From an uncultured virus (IMG/VR IMGVR_UViG_3300027917_000045) (lineage: Duplodnaviria; Heunggongvirae; Uroviricota; Caudoviricetes): 20,000 nt of DNA. Location of the stretch: the IMG/VR virus record IMGVR_UViG_3300027917_000045; one strand, given 5' to 3'. This document shows positions 16,976 to 20,000 of this stretch, one piece after another. Made by a program: the position numbers and the translations under genes. The notes under the pieces were generated by a model that was given only the letters and a program-made list of their open reading frames with translations, was not told the origin of the DNA and did not search any database. Positions within the stretch are counted from its first letter, which is position 1; each line of letters begins with the position of its first letter.

Positions 16976-17545
16976 ATGCCTAATCCAGTCTTTTGTTTAG
17001 AGAACGATGGTAGTAGAGTTTATAGAGTAGGTAGGATAGGTCTAGACTCTAGTGGTGACGACGATGGTGGAGTCTACACTGGCCTCCTACGCACAGAAAA
17101 GTGGGCACCTCTTGGTGAAGGTGAAGATGTATTCTTCCGTAGTATCTCGGTCAAGGTGAGACACACTGGAGCATTTACTTCTAGACTCAGAGCGTATGTG
17201 GATGGTAGCCAGACACAATACTACGATGGCGACACCCCTACAGATCAGGAGATAACGTATGCTGTAGCCGCTCCTCTCGCTTCTGTGCCGGGGGGCGTCA
17301 AAGAGACACTCCTTGAGATGGGCTTGCAGGGTAGAGGTAACCATATCGAAGTGGAGTTGGAGGTAGACTCTGACGAGATTACTGGCGTGTTCCTGCCTGA
17401 GTATATTGAGGTAAAAGCTGTTGAGACCAGACTGCAACGTGAGGGTGGAGTTGTCTCTGGAGGTGGTGTGGGTGCGCCACCGCCGTCTGCTCCGTCACCG
17501 CCCTCTCTGCCTGTTAGTGGTGTGGTTATCGTAGGTAATCCGTAA
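16976..17545 (+). CDS. Probable C-terminal module of tail nozzle encoded separately
   Basis: GGAG RBS. GLLRTEKWAPLGEGEDVFFRSISV...GRGNHIEVELEV resembles the C-terminal beta-sandwich of gp10-like nozzles. Pro/Gly-rich tail. Confidence 0.55.
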   Translation: MPNPVFCLENDGSRVYRVGRIGLDSSGDDDGGVYTGLLRTEKWAPLGEGEDVFFRSISVKVRHTGAFTSRLRAYVDGSQTQYYDGDTPTDQEITYAVAAPLASVPGGVKETLLEMGLQGRGNHIEVELEVDSDEITGVFLPEYIEVKAVETRLQREGGVVSGGGVGAPPPSAPSPPSLPVSGVVIVGNP

Positions 17546-18237
17546 TGAATGTCTGGAAGGGCCTGCCCCATTACCCTCCCGAGGTAACTCCTAGACTCAA
17601 GCAGTTCCTTGAGATGATGAGGCAGAGCTTCAATCTGACCAGCCTATTGGATGTTGACGGAGACGACACTCCAGCCGCCAATGATGTTGTGACATGGAAT
17701 GCGACCAAAGGCAAGTTCGACTTCCAGCCCGGGGGTGGATCTGCCGGTACTGTCACACTCTTGAGTGCAGGTGATGGTCTTGTATTCAATACCAGTGGGA
17801 TCACTAACCAAGCCCAGCTAGAGGTAGTTAATGGTCGCTGGGTAGCAGGGTTCAGAGGCGCTACAGCCAACGATCAAGGCCATATCGAAGGTATGATGCC
17901 AGCGGAGTATGATGGCGGCACCCTAACGATGAAGTTCTTCTGTTTTATGGAGTCTGCCACCACTGGTGACGTGGATCTGGATGTTGAAGTCGAGGCTATA
18001 TCTAGTGGTGACTTTCTGGATCTAGATGCTAGCTCTTCATTTGACACAGCTAACTCATCCGACAACAACTCTGTCCCCGCTACAGCAGGGTATCCGTTTG
18101 TTATTAGTGTGACGTTGACTAACAAAGACAGTGTGGCTGCGGGTGACCATGTACGCTTCCGTGTCACCAGAGATCAGGCCAGCGATACAGCCAGCGGTAA
18201 GCTGTATATCTATGGTGTAGCCTTGGAGGAGTCCTAA
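17545..18237 (+). CDS. Tail fibre/appendage protein (putative)
   Basis: TAATG-coupled. Short N-terminal helix, fibre-type motif LLDVDGDDTPAANDVVTWNATKGKF, Gly linker, then a jelly-roll-like C domain (...AAGDHVRFRVTRD...). Confidence 0.55.
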   Translation: MNVWKGLPHYPPEVTPRLKQFLEMMRQSFNLTSLLDVDGDDTPAANDVVTWNATKGKFDFQPGGGSAGTVTLLSAGDGLVFNTSGITNQAQLEVVNGRWVAGFRGATANDQGHIEGMMPAEYDGGTLTMKFFCFMESATTGDVDLDVEVEAISSGDFLDLDASSSFDTANSSDNNSVPATAGYPFVISVTLTNKDSVAAGDHVRFRVTRDQASDTASGKLYIYGVALEES

Positions 18238-18911
18238 TGGCTCGTGACTTCGACGGCTCTGGTGACTACCTGACCCAAGCCTCAGAGGTGGTCAACGAGG
18301 ATGGTCCGTTCACTGTTTCTATCTGGGCATACCCAGAAGGCTCTGACCTTGATGTAGTTTGGTGGCAAGGTGAAGACGGTACGTTTAGTGATGGACATGA
18401 TATAGCTACACGAGGAGACCTACCTTCCTCGGAAGTAGGTCTTACCACCTACGTCTCTGGCTCTGAGTCATACGCAGCTACTAGCAACGCCTTTAACAGC
18501 AGCGCGTGGAATCATATCTGTGGTATAGTGACAAGTACAACTAGCAGGAGAATCATTCTCAACGGAGACTGGAGTAACAGCGGAACCAGCACAACCTCTA
18601 GAAACCTGTCCACTTCTGATACTATGCGGGTGGCTAGACCGGGGCACACCAGTAGTGTAGACTTCGATGGTAGGCTGGCTCAGCTAGCTCTGTGGACAGC
18701 TGCTCTAGTACAGTGGGAAGTGGAGGCTCTAGCTGACGGTGCACACCCGCTGTTGATACGTCCCGCTAGCTTGAAAGAGATCTGGATGATCGCAGGGGAT
18801 TCTCCAGAGAAAGGCTTGCTAGATAGTGGGTTGACTCTTACTGTATCCGGTACCCCTGATGCGATTGCAGACCCCAAGGGGATAGTATTCCCCAAGCAAT
18901 TCGCAGCATAA
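18237..18911 (+). CDS. LamG/concanavalin A-like lectin domain protein
   Basis: DFDGSGDYL, FTVSIWAY, WNHICG, IILNG and FDGRLAQLALWTAAL..EV match the Laminin_G_3 pattern. Confidence 0.85.
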   Translation: MARDFDGSGDYLTQASEVVNEDGPFTVSIWAYPEGSDLDVVWWQGEDGTFSDGHDIATRGDLPSSEVGLTTYVSGSESYAATSNAFNSSAWNHICGIVTSTTSRRIILNGDWSNSGTSTTSRNLSTSDTMRVARPGHTSSVDFDGRLAQLALWTAALVQWEVEALADGAHPLLIRPASLKEIWMIAGDSPEKGLLDSGLTLTVSGTPDAIADPKGIVFPKQFAA

Positions 18912-18932
18912 CTTCAAACGAGGAATATGTAG

Positions 18933-20000
18933 ATGCCTAAAGTAGTGAAAAGAAACCTAGCCCCAGCGTTGTTCTCGTTTTTCTTCATCCTACCCTTTAT
19001 CTGGGCGATGCCGCATTACGAGATAGACTGGGATATTTTCTATCCTATGGGGAGAGAGTTGAACTTGGAGGTTCCAACCATTTCGTATGGTCCTCCCGTT
19101 TCCCCGGTAGTATCTATGGCTCCAGTTGCAGCTGGAGACTCTTCGTTGATGGACTCTCTTTGGATAGGTAGAGACACAACCAACCCAACAGTTTATGGTA
19201 CATGCCCTCCGACACAGCTCGGCAAGTTCCAGTCTGTCGGATGGAGTAAGCGTGCGATGTGTCGGACAAGGAACGAGGTTCACGCAGAAACACGTAGCTA
19301 CAATCTCTGCAACGTCACGAGCTTGGACACGCTGCCGGGGACGAGTGGGAGCCTGCTGTGGTGTTTGGACGAAGCTGCGGATTCAGAGGATGTTGCATGG
19401 ACCCGAGTCGCCTTCGATACGGGCGGCATCATAGGCGAGAGCTTCAACGACAACGCGGGGAGCTATAGCTACGGATATGATGACTATCCAATCTCCTCGA
19501 ATCTCTCAATCGTGGGCCAGACTGCTCGCGGGCCGGGGATCGCGCTGTATCACGGCGACCTGTTGAACGACATCGACGACTCACCCGAATCGAACGTGAT
19601 CATCATGGGGCTGCGGTCACATGGTCGGCAAAGCGGCCTCCACGCCTATGCTGTCGATTCTGCGCTGTTCGCTTTCAACAGCTTCTCTCATGCGCTCGGG
19701 ACTAACGAGATGATTAGCGTGGGCACAAGCCGCTATAACAACGTGGATCACGTTGTCGATATGGGGATGCTCTGGACGCTGTATGGCTGGCCGGACACCA
19801 GCGACAGCGGTTGGAACGGACGACTAACGCAATTGGGCGGCGTCGAGGTCGCCGGACGTTTCGTGGGCCAGGCCAATGTACAGGTGACTCCAGCCGGTGA
19901 TCTCGCGACGCTCGTCAGCCAGCAGCACCGCAGCATTCAGGCAGGCGATGGCTTCGGGCAGCACGCCGAGATCGTCGTGGTCGACCAGGGCCCGTCCCAG
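18933..20000 (+). CDS. Pectate-lyase (PL1)-like parallel beta-helix protein with N-terminal signal/anchor, 3' incomplete (not in supplied track)
   Basis: GAGGA RBS, ATG at 18933, no stop to the window end. N terminus MPKVVKRNLAPALFSFFFILPFIWA. VTSLDTLPGTSGSLLWCL..RVAFDTGGII..ISSNLSIVGQTARGPGIAL..SNVIIMGLR matches the PL1 N-terminal pattern (VTNLND.G.GSLR..IVF..G.I..SN.TIAGQTAPG.GI..NVIIR.LR). The genuine part may end near 19835. Confidence 0.75.
   Translation, partial: MPKVVKRNLAPALFSFFFILPFIWAMPHYEIDWDIFYPMGRELNLEVPTISYGPPVSPVVSMAPVAAGDSSLMDSLWIGRDTTNPTVYGTCPPTQLGKFQSVGWSKRAMCRTRNEVHAETRSYNLCNVTSLDTLPGTSGSLLWCLDEAADSEDVAWTRVAFDTGGIIGESFNDNAGSYSYGYDDYPISSNLSIVGQTARGPGIALYHGDLLNDIDDSPESNVIIMGLRSHGRQSGLHAYAVDSALFAFNSFSHALGTNEMISVGTSRYNNVDHVVDMGMLWTLYGWPDTSDSGWNGRLTQLGGVEVAGRFVGQANVQVTPAGDLATLVSQQHRSIQAGDGFGQHAEIVVVDQGPSQ
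19824..20000 (-). CDS. Fragment of a TPR-repeat protein gene (GC-rich, probably non-phage), 5' incomplete
   Basis: The minus frame reads LGRALVDHDDLGVLPEAIACLNAAVLLADERREITGWSHLYIGLAHETSGDLDAAQLR*, which fits the TPR consensus. By hand count, 45 of the first 55 codons end in G/C. Confidence 0.55.
   Translation of the reverse strand: MGRALVDHDDLGVLPEAIACLNAAVLLADERREITGWSHLYIGLAHETSGDLDAAQLR

Noticed and set aside
3892..16978. In-frame GAG-TAA-NNN-ATG junctions at 3897/3901, 14794/14798 and 16972/16976 as evidence of stop-codon recoding
   Set aside because: They are explained by an RBS overlapping the last codons at normal spacing. Long genes are intact under the standard code, with both TAA and TAG used as stops.
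18927..18932. ATG-TAG minigene just before the last ORF
   Set aside because: It is only 2 nt from the GAGGA RBS, whose spacing fits ATG 18933. Likely chance.
18990..19936. Supplied short ORFs 18990-19283(-), 19195-19434(+) and 19748-19936(-)
   Set aside because: They are alternative-frame by-products of the long open frame starting at 18933.
1..20000. CRISPR arrays, tRNAs, DGR template/variable repeats, introns/inteins, integrase or IS elements
   Set aside because: By eye I found no spaced repeats, cloverleafs, near-duplicate adenine-variant segments or reverse transcriptase/recombinase motifs, and terL, portal and MCP are uninterrupted and of normal size. Subtle cases would need a computational scan.

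Overview
This window is the virion-morphogenesis region of a tailed dsDNA phage (or prophage). It is about 50% GC by eye, and all phage genes are on the + strand and tightly coupled (many TAATG overlaps and GAG-TAA-NNN-ATG junctions). Gene order: two Thr/Asp/Gly-rich probable virion proteins, a 50-aa ORF, terminase large subunit, small membrane protein, P22-like portal, HTH-fused calcineurin-like metallophosphoesterase, two tiny basic proteins, scaffold, a structured 155-nt spacer, major capsid protein, probable decoration protein, a cluster of small membrane proteins, an HExxH metallopeptidase-like protein, a C2H2 zinc-finger protein, two paralogous head-tail adaptor-like genes, an apparently split tail nozzle with FN3-like domains, a fibre-like protein, a LamG lectin-like protein, and a signal-peptide-bearing pectate-lyase-like ORF missing from the supplied track (18933 to window end). 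No tape measure, tube or sheath gene is seen, which fits a podovirus-like tail. Most notable: an anti-Shine-Dalgarno/multi-hairpin leader between scaffold and capsid genes, the split FN3-extended nozzle, the GC-shifted exported beta-helix protein, and a probable sequence junction near 19835, after which the DNA reads as a GC-rich TPR gene on the - strand. All product calls come from motif recognition and gene order, not database searches.
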